From contig CALHKG010000015.1 in NCBI GenBank assembly GCA_938033875.1, positions 16,393 through 80,392 on the forward strand: a DNA stretch of 64,000 nucleotides. Reading direction: 5' to 3'. The stretch's first letter is position 1, and every line of letters begins with the position of its first letter. This document shows positions 33,600-42,099 of the stretch, one piece after another. This DNA is from an uncultured Candidatus Saccharibacteria bacterium (GTDB lineage: Bacteria > Patescibacteriota > Saccharimonadia > Saccharimonadales > Saccharimonadaceae). A program made the translations under genes and the position numbers. A model generated the notes under the pieces. That model saw only the letters and a list, made by a program, of their open reading frames with translations. It was not told the origin of the DNA and made no database searches.

Positions 33600-33628
33600 T
33601 ACATATCATACCTGGACAAAAAAGTCAA
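33600..33628 (-). promoter_or_regulatory. Promoter of cassette A (TTGACT-N17-TATGTA)
   Basis: Reverse complement reads TTGACT (33628-33623), 17-nt spacer, TATGTA (33605-33600). Followed by 5'-proximal hairpin CTTCTACTC-aacc-GAGTAGAAG (33570-33591). Confidence 0.55.
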
Positions 33629-33641
33629 CACTTGCTACACT
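33613..33641 (+). promoter_or_regulatory. Promoter of trmD (TGGACA-N17-TACACT), overlapping the divergent cassette A promoter
   Basis: TGGACA 33613-33618, TACACT 33636-33641, ATG 7 nt downstream. Confidence 0.45.
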
Positions 33642-33648
33642 GTAACAG

Positions 33649-34317
33649 ATGAGAAAGTTTCAAGTAATTACGCTTTTCCCAGAAATGACAACGGGAGTTT
33701 TTAATAATTCCATGATGTGGAAGGCGCAGAAAGACGGTATCGTGGAGCTCACTACGGTGAATTTGCGGGAGTTTGGTTTGGGGCCGCGGCGTCAGGTGGA
33801 TGATACGCCGTATGGTGGTGGTGACGGAATGCTTCTTATGGTTGAGCCGTTATGGAAAGCGGTAGAATTTGCGAAATCTCAGGATGAAACAGCGAAGGTG
33901 GTGTTAATGAGTCCGCGCGGGCAGCGCTGGAAGCAGGCTAAAGCCCAGGAAGAAGCCGATGATAACAGAGGTGTGATATTTATTTGCGGGCGATACGAGG
34001 GTGTTGATGAGCGAATTTTAGAGCTAGTTGATGAGCAATGGAGTATTGGCGATTTTGTGCTGACGGGCGGAGAGCTGGCGGCAATGATGATGATTGATTC
34101 TATTGTTAGGTTGATTCCTGGAGTTTTGGGCGGCGAAAAATCTGCGGAAATTGAAAGTTTTTCAGATGGAGAAACGTTGGAATTCCCACAATATACACGA
34201 CCTGAGGAGTTTAAAGGTTTACGTGTGCCGGATGTTTTATTGAGCGGACACCACGGAAAAATTGCCGAGTGGCGCGCTGAACAATCGCGGATATTGACCA
34301 ATAAAAATACCCCATAG
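33649..34317 (+). CDS. trmD: tRNA (guanine37-N1)-methyltransferase
   Basis: 222 aa. TrmD motifs (DDTPYGGGDGML, ICGRYEGVDERI, SIGDFVLTGGELAAM). Confidence 0.93.
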   Translation: MRKFQVITLFPEMTTGVFNNSMMWKAQKDGIVELTTVNLREFGLGPRRQVDDTPYGGGDGMLLMVEPLWKAVEFAKSQDETAKVVLMSPRGQRWKQAKAQEEADDNRGVIFICGRYEGVDERILELVDEQWSIGDFVLTGGELAAMMMIDSIVRLIPGVLGGEKSAEIESFSDGETLEFPQYTRPEEFKGLRVPDVLLSGHHGKIAEWRAEQSRILTNKNTP

Positions 34318-34331
34318 AGACGGGGTATTTT
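34307..34331 (+). terminator. Hairpin terminator overlapping the trmD stop
   Basis: ATACCCC-atagagac-GGGGTAT followed by TTT. Confidence 0.5.
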
Positions 34332-34484
34332 AAGTTGTGGTGGATTTGTCGTAGAGCGAATATTGTGTTTATTTTTGTAACGTTCGCTGATTTAACTTTA
34401 TGACGTTTTTATAAAAAGTGCAAGTGCTTTCGTAAAAAATACAACAAGCTTGAGCTTTTTTGACGCGCAAGCTATACTGAAATT

Positions 34485-34904
34485 ATGTCTAGAAAAGTGA
34501 ATAAAATTGTTAAATCGATTATAGGACTATTGATAATGGTGCCATTATTATGTCAATTATTTACGTTTGAGAAGTTTTCTGCGGTCCTTATTTCTGCAGG
34601 GATTATGCCATATTTAAGTCTTCCGATTGCGATAACATTGGTGATTGTTGAGCTAGTGTCGTTGCCGTTTTTGATTGATATGAATATGACAAAAAGAATT
34701 ACTCTGACGAGCAGAGTGGCTGGTTTTTTGAGTTTGGGGATTATGACGGTAATTAGTTTTTTGGCGTTTGCGAACGGACATGCGGCGGTGATATTTGGTG
34801 CAACGATAAAGAATGTGAATAATGTGGCTGCGATTTTTCTGGTATTCATGATGTGGATTTTGTTGATTTGCGCAAATTTATCGACGAAAAAAACAGCCAA
34901 ATAA
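34485..34904 (+). CDS. Hypothetical small membrane protein
   Basis: 139 aa, 4 TM. TATACT 34473-34478 lies 6 nt before the ATG. Confidence 0.45.
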   Translation: MSRKVNKIVKSIIGLLIMVPLLCQLFTFEKFSAVLISAGIMPYLSLPIAITLVIVELVSLPFLIDMNMTKRITLTSRVAGFLSLGIMTVISFLAFANGHAAVIFGATIKNVNNVAAIFLVFMMWILLICANLSTKKTAK

Positions 34905-34925
34905 TTGGCTGCTAAATCTCAAACT

Positions 34926-35000
34926 TGGCTGGGATGGAGGGATTCGAACCCCCGAATGGCGGGACCAGAACCCGCTGCCTTACCACTTGGCGACATCCCA
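34926..35000 (-). tRNA. tRNA-Gln (anticodon CTG), CCA encoded
   Basis: Reverse complement TGGGATGTCGCCAAGTGGTAAGGCAGCGGGTTCTGGTCCCGCCATTCGGGGGTTCGAATCCCTCCATCCCAGCCA. Acceptor TGGGATG/CATCCCA, anticodon loop TTCTGGT. Confidence 0.9.
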
Positions 35001-35079
35001 ACGGCAAACATAATTGTACTATAGAAAAATGATTTTCGCAAGCGTTTACGAGCCAGCGTTGACGCGATATACTGGTAGT

Positions 35080-35556
35080 ATGGATTTGCAATGGATTGTA
35101 AAGTTAATTGCTGACGGACTAGTGGTGCCGGTCGTGCTAATTGGTGCGTACGCGCTGATAAAATTGGTTCCAAATAAAGAGAAGTATCAAGTTTATAGCC
35201 AAGTTTTGATGGCTGGGTTGACTGCTTACGTGGCGGCAAAAATTATCGGGTCAATTTATCAACCAGATCAGATGCGCCCGTTCGAGATTCTGGGCGTATC
35301 TGCCGGCGCGTCATTCCTTAATAATCCGGGTTTTCCGTCTGATCACGCTCTATTTACAATGGCAATTACTTTGGCTGTATTTTTCGGAGCAAAGAGTTGG
35401 CGGCTGGCTGTTGTTTGTTTGGTTATGACGATCTTAATATGTGTAGGTCGGGTTATTGCTCTGGTGCATACGCCACTTGACGTTATTGGCGGATTATTGA
35501 TTGCCTGCGTAGGGATTGTTTGGTATAAACCGATGAATCTCCTGAAAAAAGCATAA
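35080..35556 (+). CDS. PAP2-superfamily phosphatase (membrane)
   Basis: Motifs K-x6-RP (KIIGSIYQPDQMRP), PSDH (FPSDHA), GRV-x4-H-x3-D (GRVIALVHTPLD). TATACT 35068-35073 lies 6 nt before ATG 35080. Confidence 0.7.
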   Translation: MDLQWIVKLIADGLVVPVVLIGAYALIKLVPNKEKYQVYSQVLMAGLTAYVAAKIIGSIYQPDQMRPFEILGVSAGASFLNNPGFPSDHALFTMAITLAVFFGAKSWRLAVVCLVMTILICVGRVIALVHTPLDVIGGLLIACVGIVWYKPMNLLKKA

Positions 35557-35573
35557 TATTTAAGCATATACAT

Positions 35574-35602
35574 TTGCAATATTGACAAGTTTACGTTACA
35601 AT
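35574..35602 (+). promoter_or_regulatory. Promoter TTGCAA-N17-TACAAT, ATG 6 nt downstream
   Basis: TTGCAA 35574-35579, TACAAT 35597-35602, ATG 35609. Confidence 0.5.
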
Positions 35603-35608
35603 TTACGT

Positions 35609-36103
35609 ATGAAATTATTGTCAGCTATTTTCCGTGAAGAAATATCAGATTACACATATCCATTTTCAAGGCGAGTTTTCTTGAGGATTTTGGCGATTTT
35701 AGTTGCTAGCGGTGTAGCTATCTGGCTGCTGGCGCTTGCGTTTGATAAATTTATGATCACGCCTGTATTTTGCGCAAACGCTGAGCATATTTCTATTTGC
35801 GCAAACAGCACAATCATTGCATCTTACGTTGCGTTGGTTTTGGCGGGAATTATGTTGGTGCCAGTGTTGGCGGTATTTGGCATTAAGCGACCTCTGTTGG
35901 TAGTGGTCGCGGCAACTGTGTCATTGTGGGGTGTTACATTATGGGCTGGTGGATCTTGGATTTTGTCATTACTATGGGTAGTTTTGGCGACAGTTTTGGT
36001 ATATTTGTCGTTAATCTGGTTGAATAGAATTCGTGGCAATGGCGCAGCAATTTTATTTATGATTTTATTCGCAATCTTAGCACGAGTTGTCTTGGCGCTA
36101 TAA
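35609..36103 (+). CDS. Hypothetical membrane protein
   Basis: ~164 aa, 4 TM. Start chosen by the promoter geometry above. Confidence 0.45.
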   Translation: MKLLSAIFREEISDYTYPFSRRVFLRILAILVASGVAIWLLALAFDKFMITPVFCANAEHISICANSTIIASYVALVLAGIMLVPVLAVFGIKRPLLVVVAATVSLWGVTLWAGGSWILSLLWVVLATVLVYLSLIWLNRIRGNGAAILFMILFAILARVVLAL

Positions 36104-36121
36104 TCACTGTACACTAAGTGT

Positions 36122-37192
36122 ATGGAAGTCATTATCATTATTCTCTTAATCGTTATTACTATTGGTTTGGGCGCGACTTTATTTGTCTTGCAATCAAAAA
36201 TCAGCGAGCTAAAAAATCAATCATCCGTCGAGTTGATTAAAACCGATGTCGTGGAGTTGGGGCGGACTATTGCGAAGTTGAATGAATCCGTTAGTGATAA
36301 GTTGGAGCGAAGCAACGCGCAAGTTCAGACTTCCGTGCAGAAACAATTGTCAGAAAGCGCAAAGTTGGTGGCTGACGTGACGCAGCGATTGGCGAAATTG
36401 GATGAGACCAATAAGCGTGTGGTCGATGTGGCGACCGATCTGAAGACCTTGCAAAACGTGTTGCAAAATCCAAAGCAACGCGGGGTCTTTGGTGAGTTTT
36501 ATCTGGAGAGTGTGTTGGATAACGTTTTGCCAGCCAAGCAATATCAAATGCAATATCGTTTCAAGGACGGTGAAATTGTTGACGCGGTTATTTTTCTGGA
36601 CAAGGGGCAGATATTGCCGGTGGACAGTAAGTTTTCTTTGGAGAATTACAATCGGATGATTAATGCCGAGACAAAATCTGAGCGTGAAATGTGGCTGAAT
36701 AAGGTGAAGGCTGATCTTAAGGGGCGAATTGACGAAACTAGTAAATACATTCGTCCGCGCGAAAACACCATGGATTTTGCTTTTATGTTTATCCCTAGCG
36801 AATCTTTGTATTACGATCTTCTGATTAACAATGTTGGTCAGGGCGGTTCGAGTCGCGATTTGATTGAATATGCGTTCCGAGATAAGCGAGTGATTATTGT
36901 TAGTCCGACTAGTTTTTTGGCATACCTGCAGACCGTTCTTCAGGGGCTTCGTAGTTTGCAAATTGAAGAGCAAGCCAAAGACATTCAAGTTCGAGTTGGG
37001 CAATTGGGCGTTCATATTAAAAAGTTTGACGAGTTGATGACGAAAATGGGCAAGAGTTTAAGTACGACTGTTGGTCATTATAACAATACGTATAAGGAAC
37101 TAGGGAAGATTGATAAGGATGTTGTGCGAATTTCTGGTGGCGATAACCAAGCTCAGCCGGAGCTGATTGATCGGCCGACTCAGGAAGATTGA
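36122..37192 (+). CDS. rmuC: DNA recombination protein RmuC
   Basis: 356 aa. N-terminal TM + coiled coil. RmuC core (RGVFGE, PDAVI-like VDAVIFL, VDSKF, FMFIPSE). Confidence 0.87.
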   Translation: MEVIIIILLIVITIGLGATLFVLQSKISELKNQSSVELIKTDVVELGRTIAKLNESVSDKLERSNAQVQTSVQKQLSESAKLVADVTQRLAKLDETNKRVVDVATDLKTLQNVLQNPKQRGVFGEFYLESVLDNVLPAKQYQMQYRFKDGEIVDAVIFLDKGQILPVDSKFSLENYNRMINAETKSEREMWLNKVKADLKGRIDETSKYIRPRENTMDFAFMFIPSESLYYDLLINNVGQGGSSRDLIEYAFRDKRVIIVSPTSFLAYLQTVLQGLRSLQIEEQAKDIQVRVGQLGVHIKKFDELMTKMGKSLSTTVGHYNNTYKELGKIDKDVVRISGGDNQAQPELIDRPTQED

Positions 37193-37195
37193 CAT

Positions 37196-37228
37196 AAAAA
37201 ATACCCCGCCGATTAAGCGGGATATTTT
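37196..37228. terminator. Bidirectional terminator between convergent rmuC and the MIP channel gene
   Basis: AAAAA-TACCCCGC-cgattaa-GCGGGATA-TTTT. Confidence 0.6.
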
Positions 37229-37244
37229 ATTGTGAAGTTATAAT

Positions 37245-38180
37245 CTATTCTTCGTCTTTGTTTCGGTAATTGACGAGTAGAAATAGGTTGCCGCCTAATG
37301 CTGCGCCGATTAGGGTAGCGGCAATTACTTCCAAGCTAAAGCGTGAATAGCTCTTTTCACCTTCAGCTGGCAATACTCCGTTGCTGCGTAGTTGAGAGTC
37401 GGTTTTCTCTGTAACAGCCAAAGAAACTGCTGGGTTCAAAGTTGCGCCTGAGATGTAGATCTCGCGTGGGTAAGTGCGGCCGTTTTTCTCAGTTTGAGTA
37501 GTGCTTTGATCTTTTTGGATTTTTGCAATGGCAGTACTTTTAATGTATGAAGAGATTGAGCCAGATACGACAAGACCAATCATCAACGCCAAGCCAATTC
37601 CAAAAGCTTGACCAGCTGCTTTGATTTCTTTGCGCTGCAAAACTGCGGCAATACCAAATACAAATACAGCGGTACCGACTAACTCCATCGCGAAGATGTT
37701 CCAAGAGAACGCGGTGAATTGGTCAAAGCTTAGAGCGAATCCGCCGTTTGTTAATGAGCCGACAAGCACGATAGCTGCCATTGCACCGAGGAATTGTGCG
37801 CCCCAGTAAAATGGAACAAGTACAGTCTTTAGCTTACGCATTGTCCATAGACCAAATGTGACAGCTGGGTTTACGTGTGCGCCAGAAATGTTGCCGATAA
37901 TTGCAACGATAAACATCAATGCAAAACCGACATACATCGATGACAAAATATCTGATGCGAATAATGCGGCAAGTGTCAAAATGAATGTGCCGATAACTTC
38001 CGCAATAACGATGTTAATTAAGTTGTTTGGTAATTTAGAATCTAGTTCGACACGCTTGCTTTTAGCGGTAGATTCAGTAACGACGTACTTGACGGTCGTT
38101 TTGGTTTCAGTCTTAGCGGCAGTAGTTTTCTTTCCTGCGGCTTTAACTGGGGCTTTCTTTGAAGTTTTCTTCGTAGCCAT
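37245..38180 (-). CDS. MIP/aquaporin-family channel, atypical (NPAV/NPAV, long inserts, basic N-terminal tail)
   Basis: 311 aa. Two NPA boxes (SGAHVNPAVTFG; GATLNPAVSL), six TM. GGAGGG SD. Confidence 0.85.
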   Translation of the reverse strand: MATKKTSKKAPVKAAGKKTTAAKTETKTTVKYVVTESTAKSKRVELDSKLPNNLINIVIAEVIGTFILTLAALFASDILSSMYVGFALMFIVAIIGNISGAHVNPAVTFGLWTMRKLKTVLVPFYWGAQFLGAMAAIVLVGSLTNGGFALSFDQFTAFSWNIFAMELVGTAVFVFGIAAVLQRKEIKAAGQAFGIGLALMIGLVVSGSISSYIKSTAIAKIQKDQSTTQTEKNGRTYPREIYISGATLNPAVSLAVTEKTDSQLRSNGVLPAEGEKSYSRFSLEVIAATLIGAALGGNLFLLVNYRNKDEE

Positions 38181-38237
38181 ATTCCCTCCTTAAAGTAATA
38201 TCACGACTATTATAACATAATTTGCTATACTGTAGTT

Positions 38238-38474
38238 ATGGGATTATTTGTAAATCAACAAGATCAGCGTAGTGAATTGCAAGAGCGAATTGCAGCGGAA
38301 TTAAGAGAGAAGGCAAAGGCTTCGAGTTTGCAAGAAAAGGCAACTATGGACGGCGTCGACGACATAAGATATTTGGAAGGCACGAAACAGACGACGACTT
38401 TGGCGTGGGCGTGGATTTTAATTGCTATTATGGCCGGTGCGGTGATTGTAATGTTTTTAATGCAAGGACGATAA
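38238..38474 (+). CDS. Hypothetical small protein with C-terminal TM
   Basis: 78 aa. TATACT 38226-38231 lies 6 nt before the ATG. Its stop is 1 nt before the pheS start. Confidence 0.4.
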   Translation: MGLFVNQQDQRSELQERIAAELREKAKASSLQEKATMDGVDDIRYLEGTKQTTTLAWAWILIAIMAGAVIVMFLMQGR

Positions 38475-38475
38475 A

Positions 38476-39519
38476 ATGGTTGACTTAGACGAATTGAAAA
38501 GAGAAATAGTTTTGGCGGTTTCGCAATCCAAATCTCCGCGTGAGTTTTTACGCGATCGACGACTTAGGGAATTGTATGATCAAATCAAGTCATTGCCGCC
38601 AGTTGAGCGTGGTCCGTTTGGCAAGCAGATTAACGAGCTGAAGCAAGCGATTGAACAGGCTATTGCTGCGCGACTGGAAGAGCTGGAAAAAGTTGACTTG
38701 AAACCGATTGACGTTACGGCGCCGATGGACGTGAATTCGTCCAAGCCTGAACTTTTGCCGAGCGAACAAGGCACGATTCATCCGCTGAGCGCTGAAATTG
38801 AGCACATTTCTGAGATCTTTAATCGCATGGGGTTTGTCACGGAAGAGTCCAGAGAGATTGACGATCAATTCCATATGTTCGAGAGCCTGAATTTTCCAAA
38901 AGGTCATCCAGCGCGCGATGATTACGATACGTTTATGACCGAGGAAACTGATTCTAATGGCGATCGTTTGATTGCACCGGCGCATACGTCTACTATGCAA
39001 AATCGCGTGCTAATGAAATATCGCGACAATTTGGAGAAAGGCGAGGCTATTGCCGCTATCGTTCCTGATCGCGTTTTCCGCAACGAAGATTTGGATGCGC
39101 GCCACGAGCATACGTTTTATCAAGTTGAAGGTGTGTACGTTTCACGCCGGGTTAATGTTGGCAATTTGATTGCCACGCTGCAAGAATTTTTGCAGGAATA
39201 TTATGGCAAGAAACTTGACGTTCGCGTTAATCCATTCTACTTTCCGTTCACTGAGCCTAGCTTCGAGTTTGCGTTAAGTTGTCCGTTTTGTGAAGGAAAA
39301 AATCCTGATTGTAAAGTCTGCTCTGGTGAAGGTTGGATTGAGCTACTGGGCTGCGGAATGATTCATCCGAATGTCCTTCGGGCGGCACAAATTGACCCGA
39401 ATGAATATACGGGATTTGCTTTTGGTTGCGGAATCGACCGCTTGGTTATGATGAAGTATGGAATCGAAGATGTCCGTCATTTTGAAAGTGGCAAATTGGA
39501 TTTTTTGGAACAATTTTAA
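38476..39519 (+). CDS. pheS: Phenylalanine--tRNA ligase alpha subunit
   Basis: 347 aa. Class II motifs (HPARD, FRNE, GFAFGCGIDRL). Confidence 0.95.
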   Translation: MVDLDELKREIVLAVSQSKSPREFLRDRRLRELYDQIKSLPPVERGPFGKQINELKQAIEQAIAARLEELEKVDLKPIDVTAPMDVNSSKPELLPSEQGTIHPLSAEIEHISEIFNRMGFVTEESREIDDQFHMFESLNFPKGHPARDDYDTFMTEETDSNGDRLIAPAHTSTMQNRVLMKYRDNLEKGEAIAAIVPDRVFRNEDLDARHEHTFYQVEGVYVSRRVNVGNLIATLQEFLQEYYGKKLDVRVNPFYFPFTEPSFEFALSCPFCEGKNPDCKVCSGEGWIELLGCGMIHPNVLRAAQIDPNEYTGFAFGCGIDRLVMMKYGIEDVRHFESGKLDFLEQF

Positions 39520-39524
39520 GCAAT

Positions 39525-40157
39525 ATGAAACTTCGACAGATTAAGGATTTTTTGTGTAAGAATCGCCTTCAGGCGCTCTGCATTCTTAATGGTGTCGTTT
39601 TGGCTGTGGGCTTGATCGTGGCGATGCTGCTTTCTGATGATACTCGGTGGACGAACTGGAGCTTGAGTAGATTGGGCGAAACCACCTCGAACCGTTTGTC
39701 TGCATTTTCGTTCAATTCGGGAGTATTTTTATCTGGTTTGATTATGGGGATGATTGGATTTTTTATGAATCGTGGTTATCTTAAACTTGGTCAAATTCGC
39801 TCTGCTCGGATATCTGGCTGGATACTTTCATTGTTTGCGATTTGTATGATAGGAGTGGCGCTTTGTCCGAACGATACGATGCACGCGGCGCATTTTGTTT
39901 TCTCGCGCGGCATCGTGATATTGATGGTACTTTTGATGTTTATTTTGCCATCGAGTTTGAGCTATTTAACTCATCGTGAGCGAATCTCATCTTTCAGTTT
40001 TCCGATTTTTGCGGCAATTATAGCGGCGCAAGGTTACGCGATGGGCAAGTTTTGGTTTGTGATAGTAGAAGTTTTATTGGGAATTTTTGCGACGATGTGG
40101 CTAGTCCTGGTTTGCCGTCGAATGGAACTTAAATTGTCCGACCTGAAAACTTCGTAA
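39525..40157 (+). CDS. Hypothetical polytopic membrane protein
   Basis: 210 aa, ~6 TM. Starts 5 nt after the pheS stop. Confidence 0.5.
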   Translation: MKLRQIKDFLCKNRLQALCILNGVVLAVGLIVAMLLSDDTRWTNWSLSRLGETTSNRLSAFSFNSGVFLSGLIMGMIGFFMNRGYLKLGQIRSARISGWILSLFAICMIGVALCPNDTMHAAHFVFSRGIVILMVLLMFILPSSLSYLTHRERISSFSFPIFAAIIAAQGYAMGKFWFVIVEVLLGIFATMWLVLVCRRMELKLSDLKTS

Positions 40158-40175
40158 AATGCTATAATTACTTCA

Positions 40176-40390
40176 AAAGGAGTAATTATGAATCACACAA
40201 TTTTTGACGACATCGTATCTGGAAAAATGAAATCTTGGAAGATTTGGGAAGATGAGAAATTCCTAGCATTTTTAACACCGTTTCCAAATACGCCGGGCTT
40301 TACCGTGGTGATTCCGAAGCAGAATCCGGGCGATTACGTATTTTCTTTGGACGATAATTTATATTCCGAAATGATGCAGGCAGTGAAAAA
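40176..40390 (+). repeat. Direct repeat copy 1 (215 nt, identical to 41885-42099)
   Basis: Base-by-base comparison gives 215/215 identity at offset 1709. Covers the SD plus the first 203 nt of the HIT ORF. Weaker similarity continues to ~40410. Confidence 0.95.
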
Positions 40391-40562
40391 AGTTGCTGGT
40401 ATTTTGGAAGCGGTAAGTTGGACTTTTTGGAACAGTTTTAAGGAGCTATCGCACACGATAATAGTAGTAGCTCAAAAACTCGTAATAAAAGAGGCAGTTC
40501 TGTGTGCCGATAGAGAATTTGTTGCAGCGAGAGAGATCGCTAAAAAAGATAGGAGGAGGTAA
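40188..40562 (+). pseudogene. Truncated/chimeric HIT gene (5' duplicate lacking the histidine triad)
   Basis: The first 68 codons are identical to the intact HIT gene at 41897. Then an unrelated 56-codon tail with no HxHxH-type motif. Confidence 0.8.
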
Positions 40563-40563
40563 A

Positions 40564-41886
40564 ATGGATACACAACAATTTGACGCACTCATCATTGGTT
40601 TTGGCAAAGCTGGCAAAACATTGGCGGTAGCGCTGGCAAATGCGAAAAAAAAGGTAGCGCTAGTGGAGCGGTCGCCAAAGATGTATGGCGGCACCTGTAT
40701 TAATATTGCTTGTATTCCTACTAAGGTGCTAGTCAATGCAGCCGAACATCATCAAAGTTTTGATGAGGCGATGGCGCATAAGACAACAGTGGTAGCGCGG
40801 TTGAATGAGAAGAACTATCATATGCTTGCGGATCGTGAAACAGTGAGCGTCATTGAGGGTGAGGCATCGTTCGTAGATGATCGTACTGTGAAGGTTGTGG
40901 CGGGTAGCGACGAGCTAGTAGTTAGTGCACCGCAGATTTTTATTAACACCGGTGCGGAATCAATCATCCCAGATATTCCAGGTGTTGATAAGCCGTTTGT
41001 GTATACTAGTACTGAATTGCTGGATAGAATGACGCAGCCAAAACAGCTAGCTATCATTGGTGGCGGTTATATTGGGTTAGAATTTGCCTCAACTTATGCC
41101 AAACTTGGTACAAAAGTAACAGTATTTGAGAGGGGCGATGCTCTGCTTGCACGTGAAGATCCAGCAATTGCTCGGGCTGCTACTGAAGCATTGCAGGCAC
41201 AGGGTATTGAGATTGTGTTTAGTGTGGATGTGACAGCGATTGAGGGTGAGTCTACTGCGACGATTCGCACAGTAAATCATGATGATTACGCTGGTTATGA
41301 TGCGGTTTTGATGGCTACGGGCCGTCGCCCGGCAACGATGAGCTTGAATTTACCAGCTGCTGGTGTAGCGACGGATGAGCGCGGGGCAATTGTGGTTGAT
41401 GAAACACTTCGCACTAGTCGGTCGCATATTTGGGCAATGGGCGATGTAACGGGCGGGCCACAATTTACCTATGCGTCGCTGGACGATTTTCGGATTGTGA
41501 GAAGCCAGTTGCTGGGTGACGGTCTGTACACTCGCGCCAAACAAAAAACCTTGCCGTACGCGGTCTTTATGCAAACGCCGCTAGGTCGGGTGGGTATGAC
41601 AGAGGCTGAGGCGCGTGCGACGGGGTGCGAAATTATCGTAAAAGAGCTGCCTGCTATGGCGATTCCACGCCTGCATGTTGATAATGCTACAACAGGATTG
41701 CTGCGTGCGGTGATTGATGCAAACACTGAACAAATTTTGGGTGCTAGTTTATTGTGTCGTAACTCACCAGAAGTCATTAATATTATCAAAACTGTAATGG
41801 ATAATGGCCTGCCATATACTGTGCTGCGTGACCAAATATTCACTCATCCAACGGTGAGTGAGGCATTAAACGATTTATTTACATAA
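40564..41886 (+). CDS. rclA: Class I pyridine nucleotide-disulfide oxidoreductase, RclA/YkgC-like
   Basis: 440 aa. IIGFGKAGKTLA dinucleotide motif, redox CxxxxC in YGGTCINIACIPTK, second GGGYIGLEF motif, C-terminal FTHPTVSEALNDLF. AGGAGGAGG SD before ATG 40564. RclA subfamily assigned from memory of E. coli RclA, not verified. Confidence 0.75.
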   Translation: MDTQQFDALIIGFGKAGKTLAVALANAKKKVALVERSPKMYGGTCINIACIPTKVLVNAAEHHQSFDEAMAHKTTVVARLNEKNYHMLADRETVSVIEGEASFVDDRTVKVVAGSDELVVSAPQIFINTGAESIIPDIPGVDKPFVYTSTELLDRMTQPKQLAIIGGGYIGLEFASTYAKLGTKVTVFERGDALLAREDPAIARAATEALQAQGIEIVFSVDVTAIEGESTATIRTVNHDDYAGYDAVLMATGRRPATMSLNLPAAGVATDERGAIVVDETLRTSRSHIWAMGDVTGGPQFTYASLDDFRIVRSQLLGDGLYTRAKQKTLPYAVFMQTPLGRVGMTEAEARATGCEIIVKELPAMAIPRLHVDNATTGLLRAVIDANTEQILGASLLCRNSPEVINIIKTVMDNGLPYTVLRDQIFTHPTVSEALNDLFT

Positions 41887-42099
41887 AGGAGTAATTATGA
41901 ATCACACAATTTTTGACGACATCGTATCTGGAAAAATGAAATCTTGGAAGATTTGGGAAGATGAGAAATTCCTAGCATTTTTAACACCGTTTCCAAATAC
42001 GCCGGGCTTTACCGTGGTGATTCCGAAGCAGAATCCGGGCGATTACGTATTTTCTTTGGACGATAATTTATATTCCGAAATGATGCAGGCAGTGAAAAA
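41885..42099 (+). repeat. Direct repeat copy 2 (215 nt)
   Basis: Identical to 40176-40390. Confidence 0.95.

Noticed and set aside
35582-35602. TTGACA at 35582-35587 as the -35 for TACAAT at 35597-35602.
   Set aside because: The spacer is only 9 nt. TTGCAA at 35574-35579 gives the proper 17-nt spacing.
36350-37015. 221-aa minus-strand ORF.
   Set aside because: Antisense within rmuC.
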